From assembly GCA_010093815.1 (NCBI GenBank), contig ML996573.1: a DNA stretch of 64,000 nucleotides; one strand, written 5' to 3'. The DNA comes from Pseudovirgaria hyperparasitica. Lineage: Eukaryota. This document shows positions 12,003 through 23,021 of this stretch, piece after piece. Under the pieces are notes generated by a model. The model was not told where the DNA came from. It was given only the letters and a program-made list of their open reading frames with translations, and ran no database searches. The translations under genes were made by a program, and so were the position numbers. Within the stretch, counting starts at the first letter, position 1. Every line of letters starts with the position of its first letter.

Positions 12003-12470
12003 ATGGGCCTCTTCTCGAGGTCGGCGCAAGCTCCGACCCCTGAAACCTCCCCTGAGGCACGAGCAGCTCCGCCTGCTGTCCCTCGTACGCCTTCCGAACA
12101 TGAACCTCCTACACGGCTTCCATGGTCAGAACCCCGGAAACCACTCGTCATGTTCTTCGCTGGCGCTGCGTTTCTACTGCTCTCGACGACTTTGACAAAG
12201 AAGGCCATTATGCGACGGTGGACGGCATCGAAACCGAAGTACTACCAGCCAAACATGCAGCCAAACAAAGTGAAGGGAATCATAGAAGCTGTGGAAGCAT
12301 TACAAATAGCAACCCTAAATGTCATGAGTGGAGCTATCATGTTTACCGGAGGCGCACTTTGGGCACTGCAGATTTCAAATAAAGAGATATTACGAGCGCG
12401 GTTAGGTGTATTCAAAGCCAGTGTGGGACTGGACACATCTGGTGGACAAAGCAATGAGAATGAGAGCTAA
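12003..12470 (+). CDS. AIM11: Altered inheritance of mitochondria protein 11-like
   Basis: Pattern FFAGAAFLLLS...RR...PKYYQPN...EAVEALQIATLNVMS..M.TGG.LWA..IS with two TM segments. Confidence 0.75.
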   Translation: MGLFSRSAQAPTPETSPEARAAPPAVPRTPSEHEPPTRLPWSEPRKPLVMFFAGAAFLLLSTTLTKKAIMRRWTASKPKYYQPNMQPNKVKGIIEAVEALQIATLNVMSGAIMFTGGALWALQISNKEILRARLGVFKASVGLDTSGGQSNENES

Positions 12471-13473
12471 AGAGAAGAATAGATGTGCTATTTAGCTGAC
12501 GTTCTTCCAAAATTGTTCAACTCATGATACCCGATTTAGAACTCAATGTACCCTCGCAAGTTGCGACGGCATGGGGACTAGATGCTACTCATACCAGCTA
12601 AAGCTGCGGCGAAAACGGGGTACATATAAACAAGGCGGCGAAACCAGCATCTTGCAGTCTCGAATGTATCCATACGATATGGTGGTGGACGTTGAAAATA
12701 GATCAAATCATGGTCTTTGTACTTGCGCAATCATGTGCGCCGGTATAGTGCGAGAATGGCTGCATTCACGGAAGAGAAAATCGGGTGGATGGTCCACTGA
12801 AACGTCAGCTACGTCGGGCTGCATGTTAACTGCATACGATAATACGAAAGTCACGACATTGTTAACGCACCAAGCTGAAGAACACGAGTCTTGGTCGTAT
12901 TGGCTCCAAGTTCTACCGCAACTTTGGCCTTTCCCCTGGAGTCGATCTATTGTGTGCCAGTCATCACAATCAAGTACTCCTGTGTCCATTTTCCACTCAA
13001 CAGTTGCCTGACCCAGAATCCGTCGAGCCGACGTCGAGAGCTGAAAGGACACGACGGCATGCCCATACGACTCATTCCTTTTCATATCGTTAGTAGCCCT
13101 GGATGAAAAATAATGGAGTATTTTCCAGGTATGACTTTTCACGTCTACACTCCCATGCCGACGGTGACATCATACCACACTTCGAGCAGCCGAGCGATGG
13201 GTTAATTGCATATGGTGACGGCCGGGTCTATCTTCAACGTTCCTATACACATATTTCAAGGTGCTATGTAGGAGTATCGCAGTCTACCCACATTGAATCT
13301 TTCAACCTCATGTATTCGATATCAGTCAGGTTGACCTCAGACTTTCTCGCATCGTGACCATATATACGCGCTTCATGTGCTTGCGGACCTCCGATGATAT
13401 AATCTCAGATGCATCAGCCTGATCGTACACATCTCATTCATTGCATCACATCACCAGCTCAAAGCTTCGAACA

Positions 13474-14052
13474 ATGGCATCCGAGCCTGCGGACTCAGAG
13501 AAAGGCGGCGTGCGCGAGGAGCCGAACATCCACGTCGAACTCACACATGCCCACCTCTCTGCCCAAACCATCATTGATCGTGTCAAAAGCCCGAAAGCAG
13601 GCGCCGTAGTCCTCTTCGCCGGTAAGCCAACAAACATCTGACCCCCGAAAAGTACCATTAACCATGGCCGTGAAGGCACAACCCGCGACACCTTTGCCTC
13701 CAAACCTGTCTCCCAACTCGTCTACCAATCATACGTACCTCTCGCACTCACCACGCTTCTTAGCATTGCGCGCGAAGTCAAGTCTAAACATGACCTAACC
13801 GCAGTTTCGATTGTGCACCGGCTTGGTGAGGTACCGATTGGCGAGGAAAGTATTCTGATTGCGGTGAGCGCGCCGCATCGGCAGGCGGCGTGGCGCGGTG
13901 GCGAGGAGGCGCTAGAGGAAACGAAGAAGCGGGCAGAGGTGTGGAAGTTGGAGGAGTTTGTAGGGGAAAAAGGTGTATGGAGGGCGAATAGGGACGGGGC
14001 GGTGGGGGAGAAAGTAGATGAGACCGGGGAAGGGAACAGACAAAGTAGTTGA
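13474..14052 (+). CDS. cnxH: Molybdopterin synthase catalytic (large) subunit, MoaE/MOCS2B
   Basis: AGAVVLFAG/TTRD across intron 13622-13675; motifs HRLGEVPIGEESILIAVSAPHR and EVWKLE. Confidence 0.93.
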
Positions 14053-14115
14053 GAACAATGTTTACGTCAAATTCGCGTGATTTTTAGACTGACATCTATT
14101 GCTATAACATGCAGA

Positions 14116-15696
14116 CTACTCTGGAGCTACGTGTATCTGCCAGAATTTTGCGATATTCTTGTCCTGTGCTTTCTTACGTGCCTCGCTGCGCTCGTCTTCG
14201 TTGTACTGTGGATGCGAGACTTTTTCGGCGAGGATGCCAGTCTTTTTGCCGTGTCGGACGAATTCTAGGAATTCCATAGTCACGGCGACATATTCCCTCA
14301 GTCCATCTACTACGCTGATCGTTGCGCCAGTCGTCCATCGTAGGAGCAGGGGTTCGATGATCGGAGCATCCGTGATGCTGGGATGGCTGGTGCCTAACAT
14401 AGTAGTAAACCAACTCGCGCCTTTGCGGTCCAACACGCTCTGCACAATCTCTTTGACGGCATCGAAATGTGGGCGGCCAAAGAACACGCTGATTTTCTTA
14501 GACCAGGAGTTCGAATGGACAACGAGGATCGGAATATCGATCTTGGAATTGAGACGTCCGCTGCTCTTGCCGGGATCAAACATTATAGCTCCTATAGCGG
14601 GCTGCTTTTTGGATGGCGCTCCCTTGACGGCCTGCATTGCGCCTGTCGCGCCGTAGGAGTGGCCGCTGATGACGATTTGATTGAGATTTAGGCGGCCTTC
14701 CAATGACTTTAGATTGTGCCCTTCTCTCCTCTCGTTTAGTCTCGTTATCCGGGGTGCATTGCGTTCGCTAATGGTTCGTAGAACTGTGATAGTTTCTTCA
14801 ATCTCGGCCTGCCTGAAGTCGAGCTGCTCCTTCTTAAGCTGTAGGTCTTCCATCGGTGGATCTGCTAATAGGTCCTTTTGCGTGAAGCTGTAGACTCTCT
14901 TTTCTCCGTCATCAGACTTGACAATGGATCCAGGACCACTCCCATCACGATGTTCGATGGCCGCTACAACGACGCCGCGGCTTGCCAGTTCTCCACAGTA
15001 CTGCGTGTAGTCCGTTCGTTTGCTCGCTGTGCCATGTGAGAACACAATCACAGGAAACTCTTCTTCACTGTCGTTGATTGGTACTGCAGGCACATCAACG
15101 AGTGCGGGAATCTTGATGCTTCCCGCAAGAGCCCACAGTCCAAATGTAAACAACGGTCTTGTAATGAAATTATTGATATGTGCCACTCTGGCATAGCCTT
15201 CTCCTATAAAACTGACTGGCTTCGGTACCCAGAGATGTTTTGGCAACTTTGATTTAGCGCCTCTCTCTGCCGGATAGTAGAGACTGAATAGTACTGTTTC
15301 GAAATCAAATGCTGGTAATCCAGTATCTTTGTAAACAGTCTCGCTGATATTTCGTCGTTCCTGCACAGGCACTTCAATATCTACTGTTCCAACGTCATAC
15401 GGTCCAGTATAAGCTGGTAGCCGTGATGCTAGCAATGGCGAGCCTTTCGCGAAGCAGTAAAACACGTAGGTTAGAAATAGTACAAAGAGAATGTATTTCC
15501 AGCTGAGTCGTGGCCGCAATATCAATGGTACCCTCCGCAGGATCGACTGCCATCGTGTATTCGAATGATCCAGCCATCGCGGTTTATGGCGGGTCCCCGG
15601 TAACCCTGATGGCGGTAGTGGGAAATCAGGCTCGTCAAAGCCTTGTGTCAATGTTTCCATCTCAACATCATCATCCCTGTAGCCAGGAGAAGTCAT
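14116..15696 (-). CDS. PAF acetylhydrolase family (alpha/beta hydrolase) with N-terminal TM segment
   Basis: Motifs GPYDVGT, PVIVFSHG, ELASRG.VVAAIEHRDGS, nucleophile GHSYG, DP, and HPSITD. Confidence 0.9.
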   Translation of the reverse strand: MTSPGYRDDDVEMETLTQGFDEPDFPLPPSGLPGTRHKPRWLDHSNTRWQSILRRVPLILRPRLSWKYILFVLFLTYVFYCFAKGSPLLASRLPAYTGPYDVGTVDIEVPVQERRNISETVYKDTGLPAFDFETVLFSLYYPAERGAKSKLPKHLWVPKPVSFIGEGYARVAHINNFITRPLFTFGLWALAGSIKIPALVDVPAVPINDSEEEFPVIVFSHGTASKRTDYTQYCGELASRGVVVAAIEHRDGSGPGSIVKSDDGEKRVYSFTQKDLLADPPMEDLQLKKEQLDFRQAEIEETITVLRTISERNAPRITRLNERREGHNLKSLEGRLNLNQIVISGHSYGATGAMQAVKGAPSKKQPAIGAIMFDPGKSSGRLNSKIDIPILVVHSNSWSKKISVFFGRPHFDAVKEIVQSVLDRKGASWFTTMLGTSHPSITDAPIIEPLLLRWTTGATISVVDGLREYVAVTMEFLEFVRHGKKTGILAEKVSHPQYNEDERSEARKKAQDKNIAKFWQIHVAPE

Positions 15697-15907
15697 GATG
15701 AATTAGCCTGGTATTAAGTGATAATTATTGGAGTAAAGATATGTGTCGGTCGGCAAGGAAGAGTTCCGGAGAGGCGGTGCTCTTGGCCTAGGGCCTAAGG
15801 TGTATGAGGCTGCAATTCTGCCTTACGAGAATGAATGCCGAATACTGGCGCTTACATTCTTAAATAGCAGACTATACTGTGTAGAAGCCATTAACACTTC
15901 GAAGCTC

Positions 15908-15976
15908 GTCTGATGCGAGATGCAAGCTAATTAGTCTGATGCAAGATGCAAGCTAGTCTAATGCGAGATGCAAGCT
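15908..15976. repeat. Three-copy 21-nt minisatellite GTCTGATGCGAGATGCAAGCT
   Basis: Copies at 15908, 15934 and 15956; copies 2 and 3 each differ from copy 1 by one G>A. Confidence 0.85.
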
Positions 15977-16630
15977 CGTTACAGCGAAAGAGCTAGTAAC
16001 ATGGAAGCTGCGAGCAGAGCTGTAAAGATCGTGTTATGAGGAATTGATAGCGTTTGGGGAGTCGGAATTCTGCCTTATAATACAGTACATCAGTAGACCG
16101 AGCTTCAGAACTCTCATACGAGGCTCGGGGGAGCAGTTTGACTTCTGATAATTCGAACGAGTCATTGTGTGCCTGAGGCTCAAGCTCCTTGAAGCTCTGC
16201 CAAGATCCATCCCACACCACCAACTCCCTAGTTGATTAAGGCAGATACAACCATTGACGTCCAGCAATGCAGATCTGATATCATTGTCCTGTGGGCTCGT
16301 CCATCAGTCCATACACCTTCTCACATTGTCCTTCAACCCGCACTTTCAATCAGCGACCGAAGCCCCAGACTCCATGTATGCGTCCAGGTTCCCCGCACGT
16401 CGTGTGAAGAGCAGGGGTCATAGGCAGCGGATGCCGGTCGTCCATGAACATATCATCAAGCGAAGATGTGATGAGCAGTAGCAGGAAGAGAGCTGGCGTG
16501 ATCTTTCAATGGCTTCATAACTACCAATGTCCGCTCCCTCCACGGATGTCTGTCTCCATTCGAGGTCTTGACCAATCTCTTCAACTCCAATCAACGTAAC
16601 GCCAACGGTGTATAAGTCGTTCATACCAAG

Positions 16631-17966
16631 ATGGCAACTCTGACAGATGATCGGACCTCCACGGTTGATCCAGCGCTTGCGCAAGAGGCGCAGATACCTC
16701 TCCAGACCTTCGAAATCCCTTCCTTTCCTCCTGAGGCGCAGGGCTTGCGGGCTTTGATTTTAACATGCGACATCAAAACCGACGAATACACCGAGCTTCT
16801 GAAGACACATGTCGTCGAGACACCATCTCTTCCGAAGTGTATCACAAGCCTCACCCTGGAACTTTTCAGCCTCGGCTACCCACCAGGCTTCTTAACGACG
16901 CTGGCTAAAGCCTTACCAAATGTGAAAGAGCTTGTTGTCTATAGCCAGATGCTCGGTGGCATCACAAAGGACAGCGAGGCAGATGCCATACAAGCTTTCC
17001 AGGAATGGAAAGAGTTGCGAAGCTTGCATCTGCTTGACGTCTTTGCGAAACCGCACTTCTTCCAGAGAATCGGCGAAGGGTTAAGGAAGAGAGAGACCGG
17101 CTTAATGTTTCTTGAAATCAATTATACGTTCCGACACGAAGACGAGAACTTTTTGACGCGCGTTCCTGCAGGTGAACTGCCGTTGCTCATAACTCCTGGT
17201 CTCATAACGTGCGCGTTGAACCTCGCACCGTCGGAAGAGACCCAGGATGAGCAGGATCCGAGCAATCTCTCTGTAAAAGGAGATAAATCGGAGATTGGAA
17301 AAGATGGAGTTATGGCGTTCAACAAGACTCTCTCTCCCGATCTCGTTGAGGAGCTCACGAAAGAGGAGAAGCCGAAAGACTTGCGGATGTTGAATATCAC
17401 GCTCTATACCATCGATGTAGACCAGCTGATCCAGATCCTGAAGTATCACAAAGCCCTCGTGATGCTTAGCGCGACTCTTCATTGCGAGCCGACTGAGGGG
17501 TGGAAGCAAAAGCTTCTAGAGGCGCTTGCACTCTGTCCTGAGCTTGAACAGGTCGAGATAGTGGGCAACCCGAGCTTGGAGTTCGCAATGCTGGTATGTC
17601 CTCGATGAAGCCCTCAAAGTCCAACGTGATTTTCGAAATAGTTGTTCTGGCCATGACTCCGGGTGTCTCACACGGAGACTTATAAAAAAGCTAACATTCA
17701 TATCAATCCAGATGTCCAATCCGAAACGACGTCCGGAAACCATCTCGAAGACCTTCCCGTCAGAAGCCGACATGACAATGCTCTCGATATCGTGCCCGAA
17801 ATTGAAAAGCATGGCGGCAAACATCTTGCGGACGACCTATATCGGAACTGCCTCTTGGAAGAAGGTCGGAGAATCCTGGAAAGGAGGCATTCAGAAACCA
17901 GACTCTAGCGACGAGTCCAAGGATTCCATGCCAGGGCCTGGGTCACAGATATATGCGTCAGCATGA
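16631..17966 (+). CDS. Hypothetical protein with LRR/RNI-like periodicity
   Basis: The 325-aa ORF is joined by intron 17594-17711 (GTATGT..GCTAAC..CAG) to ORF 17712..17966. LxxLxL repeats include ITSLTLE, LRSLHLLD and CPELEQVEI. Confidence 0.75.
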
Positions 17967-19202
17967 ACCGTGAGAGAGTTTTGCAGTAAACAAGTATGCT
18001 ACAAGGCAAAAGCAGTGCAAATGAAAGAGGAGTAAGTTTGAAGCAAAACTGATTGTTAGCATCGCGTTGACTCGATTTAGGAGATTTCAGAGAAGAATAC
18101 CAAGATGCATGTACAGTCAATCAAAGCTCAAAAAAGTCTACAACACAATGCAGAAAACAGACGTGCAATGCAAAATATCACATACCACAGGTCTCCGCAA
18201 TCTACCTGTGTGTTTTTCGTGTACTGGACCTTAGGCAACAAACTTATCCGGAAAGCGAAGGGTTTCGTAGTCTGCAATGATGCAGAATCCAGCTAAGTCC
18301 ATATTGTCTTTTTTACTTTATGCTTTCCTGTCGTTCGTTATGCTTCCAGAATCTCACGTCTTCTTTTGTTGAATATGCACTCTGGCTTTTGTCATAACAC
18401 TCCACCGTCCTGAGATCTGGAGGTCCACGCAGAGCTTGGTGTTGCTCTAACTCAACAGCGCGGTACTATGGTCTTAACTCGTCGCGTACCGGTTAAGGAG
18501 CTCATCTTATGGTGTACCTGTCTCTGTCCACTGTTTAGAACTGCTGTAAAAGGTTTGTGGTTATACTGTATACCAGTGTTGCAGTTATGTACACTGTCGC
18601 AATGTTAAGGCGGAACACTTCGTGAAGGGCTTCGAAGTCAGGCAATCTGGGTATTGCGCTTCTGCTTACCTTGATTTGGATCGCTCTTGGAGCCTAGATC
18701 TCTCTGTCTTCGAACGCTGCATCTTCTTTCGGTGGTATTGGAGGCGGAGGAGGCGCTGGGAGTGCGATCCCGGACACGTCGTATCCTGCTCGCGCCATTG
18801 TTGCAGAATTGAAGTGGTGATGGCTTTGAAGTAGAACAGGGTCTTGCTTGATGATGACAATGAAGAGCTTGGGACTTTCAAACCTTGGTGAGATGGAAAG
18901 AAACAAGAAACTGTCTGCAGCCGTGGTTTTGGCTGTTTTCGGGAGGTGGTCACAAGCTACGAGAAGTGGAAAACCTCAAGTCAGGTTTACGTCAGGCACC
19001 ACCACGATCGAACAACACCACAATATTCACGCGACCTAAGCCAACCTGCAATACATTTGCAGGCCTGTGTTGGTCATGCTCCGGGACTTCTGCTCAAATT
19101 CTAGCCTCTCCTATCGTCTCGCTGTAGGCTCTCTGGTCTGATCAGGGGCTATACTGTCTCGGCAATGCACAAAATATAGGTTACCCAAATTGAAGCTACT
19201 TC

Positions 19203-19300
19203 GCCTTCGGGCACTTGGTCAATATGTAACACTACAGAGAAGATTAGCATGGCCCCTGCACAAGGATGACACGCTTAATCAAAGAGAGACAAAAGATTTT
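19203..19300 (+). ncRNA. U6: U6 spliceosomal snRNA
   Basis: 5' GCCTTCGGGC hairpin, ACAGAGA box, AAGATTAGCATGGCCCCTGCACAAGGATGACACG core, and a T8 Pol III terminator. Confidence 0.96.
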
Positions 19301-19318
19301 TTTTGCACTTTCATTCAA

Positions 19319-19329
19319 GGTTCGATTCT
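19319..19329 (+). promoter_or_regulatory. Downstream Pol III B-box for U6
   Basis: GGTTCGATTCT matches the GGTTCGANTCC consensus about 15 nt past the terminator. An A-box-like TGGTCAATATG lies inside U6. Confidence 0.7.
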
Positions 19330-20188
19330 CGGTCCAGTCTTCTTGCCCGGCTCGCATTTTTGTTCACTACAGGCGCACGTCTTGCTATGGCTTTGATATC
19401 AGCGTACGAGAAGAGCCTATAGACCCGGCTGTTATGATTCTCAAGCTCAAATCCCACTTTCAGTCAATTTGGCGTAGAGAAAGTACTTCCACAGTTGTTA
19501 CGGCGAGCACGGCAGATGCAACAGAACTCTCACATTTGATAGAGCACGAAGCATAATCTTCCCAAGAGCAGATCTCAGGGTGAACATAACAGGAGTAGAC
19601 TGTATCTAACAACTCAGTCATGATTTTGAGGATCTCGAGGCTATGAGGACAGCCCCTTCAGCTACAAGTTCAGAAATGAACACTTTTCAGAGACTGACGG
19701 CGAGGTCTTCTTCTCCATTCCAGTCCACCCAACCGCAATCGATAACACGACTGTGCAGAGGAAAAGTCCACTCAACCATATCGTCTACTGTGCACGAAGC
19801 CAATTCTCGAACTGTTCTCGGAGAACCTCTCTGCTGCTAGCCCCTATACCTCATGAATAAAAGCTTCGATCTCGGTGTTCCTTGTCCTGTTAACTGCCAC
19901 ATTGCGGCAATCTCTGCCCCTGCAACTTACTTGTTGTCACCCAAACAAGCCCTAGTGGACTGTGCGTGCTGAGCCCCGTCCCCATGACTATATATTTCGC
20001 GAATACCCTCCCTGATCCTCTCTTTCCCTTTCTCTTCAGCACAAAGCTCAAGGAATTTCTCATAGCAAGCTCAACTCTAGCTCCGACGACTCGACAATTT
20101 CCTCTCTCGATAAACACCATTACCTCTCCCTTCTATCTTTACATCTCAACTCTTTTGCGACTTGCGAGCTATCACTGTCTCTCTAGGC

Positions 20189-20819
20189 ATGGGGCCTATG
20201 CAGCTGCGTCAATACACAGAGCTTCCTTCTCACCTCTCGCCTCTTCACTTCTACAGCAAGCTTTACAGCTCCTCAATTTCTCGCGTTTGCCTCAACATCA
20301 GTATGGTCTCGTGTTGCCAGTCTATTCGGGTTCTGAATGAGCTTAAGACGACTTTCCCCCGGCTGAGTCCGGTTCGCGAGCCTGATCCTGTTCCTGACCT
20401 TGCGAGTAAGTCACGGCACCTTCACAGACATCTTCTGCTGTCTTGATCTCATGCTAATATCTCGCTGGGTAGTCGATCTTACCGTCAGTCGACCTATGGT
20501 GGCTGAATATCACATAAAGACCATTCCACTACTTAATCATTTCGAAACTCCGGCGAATCTGCCACATACTCAACATAGACCCTCAACTTTCATCAACCAA
20601 TCGACTGGACCTCTGACAACCTTACTATATGACCACTACCTAAACGCCACCTCTATGCATCCTACCGAATATAGTTCCTATGATGCTGGTCGTGGTTGTG
20701 TGGCTGGGGTGTCATGTCCAGTTTCTACGGGTTGGGTCTCTAATGACAACTCCGACAGCTTTTGCTTCACACATGATGGGGGTAGTCCTGAGCCAAGCAG
20801 GGCCCTATCGACGCTATGA
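20189..20819 (+). CDS. Spliced orphan ORF (187 aa) or lncRNA
   Basis: Intron 20406-20472 (GTAAGT..GCTAAT..TAG) joins two ORFs in frame. The upstream region is CT-rich. A further intron (20870-20984) lies after the stop. Confidence 0.4.
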
Positions 20820-21619
20820 TGTCAAGGAGACCTGACCCCTCTCTCTCTCTCTCTCTCGATCTCTGACGGGTAAGTCTTTTCCCCCTGATACCCTTCATAT
20901 GTCTCTCCTCATTCCATACCATTCACATTCAACTCTTCCATCATGTTACTCGATGAAAACACAGTGCTGACTTGTCATACATAGGCCCCTTGCGGGTCCA
21001 TCTGCTGCCTCATGTTCTCTCTTCCTCGTCCTGCTGGAGCATTGGTGCCCGGCACCTCGCCTTTAATTCAATCAAGCCTTAAAAAGGGACTATGTCGGAC
21101 TCCAGCCCTCAGCATGGCTCGGCACTTCTTCGTAGTGTTGGGGACTAGTAGCCAGCAATGGTGAAGCCAAGTTCGGGTCTTTTGTATTGAATAGTTGGAT
21201 CTTGTAACGAAGGTTTCCGCTTGTATATATAGAACGATGATACTCTCCTCTCCTACCTACTTCTTTGACCTGACAAGCGTGATGATTTCTTTGTGATATT
21301 CGGCTTCTCCATCGTTGTACTTGCTCCACACTGTCAAACTATCTCGCTTTGTACATACTCACAATGTGTGTCGTTTCGCCCACACCTGGCATTTGCCTAT
21401 GATTCAATACCTTGGTACGAATCACTGGTATTGTCCGTCGAACAGGTTCGTTTGGCCTTCAGTTGCACCCGTAACGAAAACTATCCAGAAAATGTCAAGT
21501 CATCATCACTCAGCTAGCGCCGTGCTCCTAACCGGTCAAATACTGTACACACAAACACAAAAGCATAGTCACCCTGCATTGCTTGACATCTCTTTCAGCA
21601 CACGGGTCCCGTACGACTC

Positions 21620-22220
21620 ATGAATATCTTGGCTTGTACCAACGTGCATCATCGCTCTCCTGAACTAAACAAAACACCCTACGCACAGATATCTAGGACC
21701 ACTCAGGCCTCATACACCAAGATCCATCGTGCTATATCCCATACCGTACGTCTCCGACGTCCCACTTCCTCAGCTCCTGATCCGTCTACTGGATCAAACG
21801 ACTGACTACTCCTCTAGCAAATCTTCATTATGACCACCCACTCTCATAGATGCTTACGCCCTCATCGCGTCCTCGCACATACCCAGACGAGAGCTAGTAG
21901 ACATATCTATCTGTATTTAAGGCAAATTCAACAACATACCTACTTTCGCAAAGCAGATCAGGCAAAACGAGGGGTGCAGCGGCGTAGGCAAGGTCAGCAA
22001 GACCATGAACATGTACCAGTCCCGAGTAGAGCTTGTGGTAAAACAATTGGGCATATCATAAGACCATATGAAGACCGTAAGAGGAGGGTTGAGAAATGGC
22101 GACACGGTTGTATGTCTCTATCTAGCAACCCATTACCTTCTCTGTCTGTAGACTAGCATACTCACGCACGTAGTAGATATGCTAGTTGGCAGTCCAGAGA
22201 CAATACGTCCATGTATTTAG
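21620..22220 (+). CDS. Spliced orphan ORF (154 aa, Arg/His-rich) or lncRNA
   Basis: Introns 21746-21817 (GTACGT..ACTGAC..TAG) and 22110-22173 (GTATGT..ACTCAC..TAG). The first joins ORFs 21620 and 21830 in frame. Confidence 0.3.
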
Positions 22221-23021
22221 CATTGTACATGATGAGGAAGTCCAGATACCAGACACTCTAGAGACACAAAGATAAATCTTTTGAAGACCAGAGCTTGAGA
22301 CAAAGACCAAGAATATAGTCCCGAGACGAAACTATAACAAGCACACTACCACCACCCTCTCTCTCTCTCTCCCTCACGCCATTTCCATTCAAACGAGAGA
22401 AAAAAACGAAGCACAATGACACCAAAGCGAAGTTCTCGCATAAAGAAACCCTCATTATGTATACACTCAATCCACGGATGCCTTTGCAAAAGAGAAAAAT
22501 GTAGCGGCGCATGAATCATACCCTACGCGGAATTGACAATTTGGTGAAGGGGTAGAGATAAACGTATCCCACCCGAGAATCAGGAGATTCGGACTACATA
22601 GGAGAAGTGATAGTTTTTCTAGCACTAGACGTATCTATATATCAAACATAGCATATTACCTGTTTTGCTACAAGGACGTTAAGGTGGGTGTGTAAGTTTG
22701 AGCAGCGTGTGTGCGTTCGGTGGCCGATATAAGGCTGGCGATTACGTCTCTCCAGCTCGATACTGCATGACCGGACGCAGTCTAGTCCAGTCCAAGGCTT
22801 TAACCGAGGAATGGATAGGTGTGGTAGAGACAGGGAAGTACAACAACAGTTCCAGATATCGAACGGACACGTAAAATGGCATGCATTTCTTCTCATCACG
22901 TCAATCTATATCAGTAAGGGACCAGGCTTACGAATCTCCCCTAAACCTCCCCCTAAGCCCCTTTAATTACTCCCCACCTTCACGGCCAAATTTCTTTCCG
23001 TCGAGCACCTCATCCCTTCAA

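Noticed and set aside
12708..13142. 144-aa minus-strand ORF
   Set aside because: No convincing start and no family similarity recognised.
19400..22900. Candidate telomerase RNA or snoRNA cluster in the long gene-free gap
   Set aside because: I found no TAACCCTAA template on either strand. The TGATGA/CTGA-like boxes seen did not form convincing C/D units.
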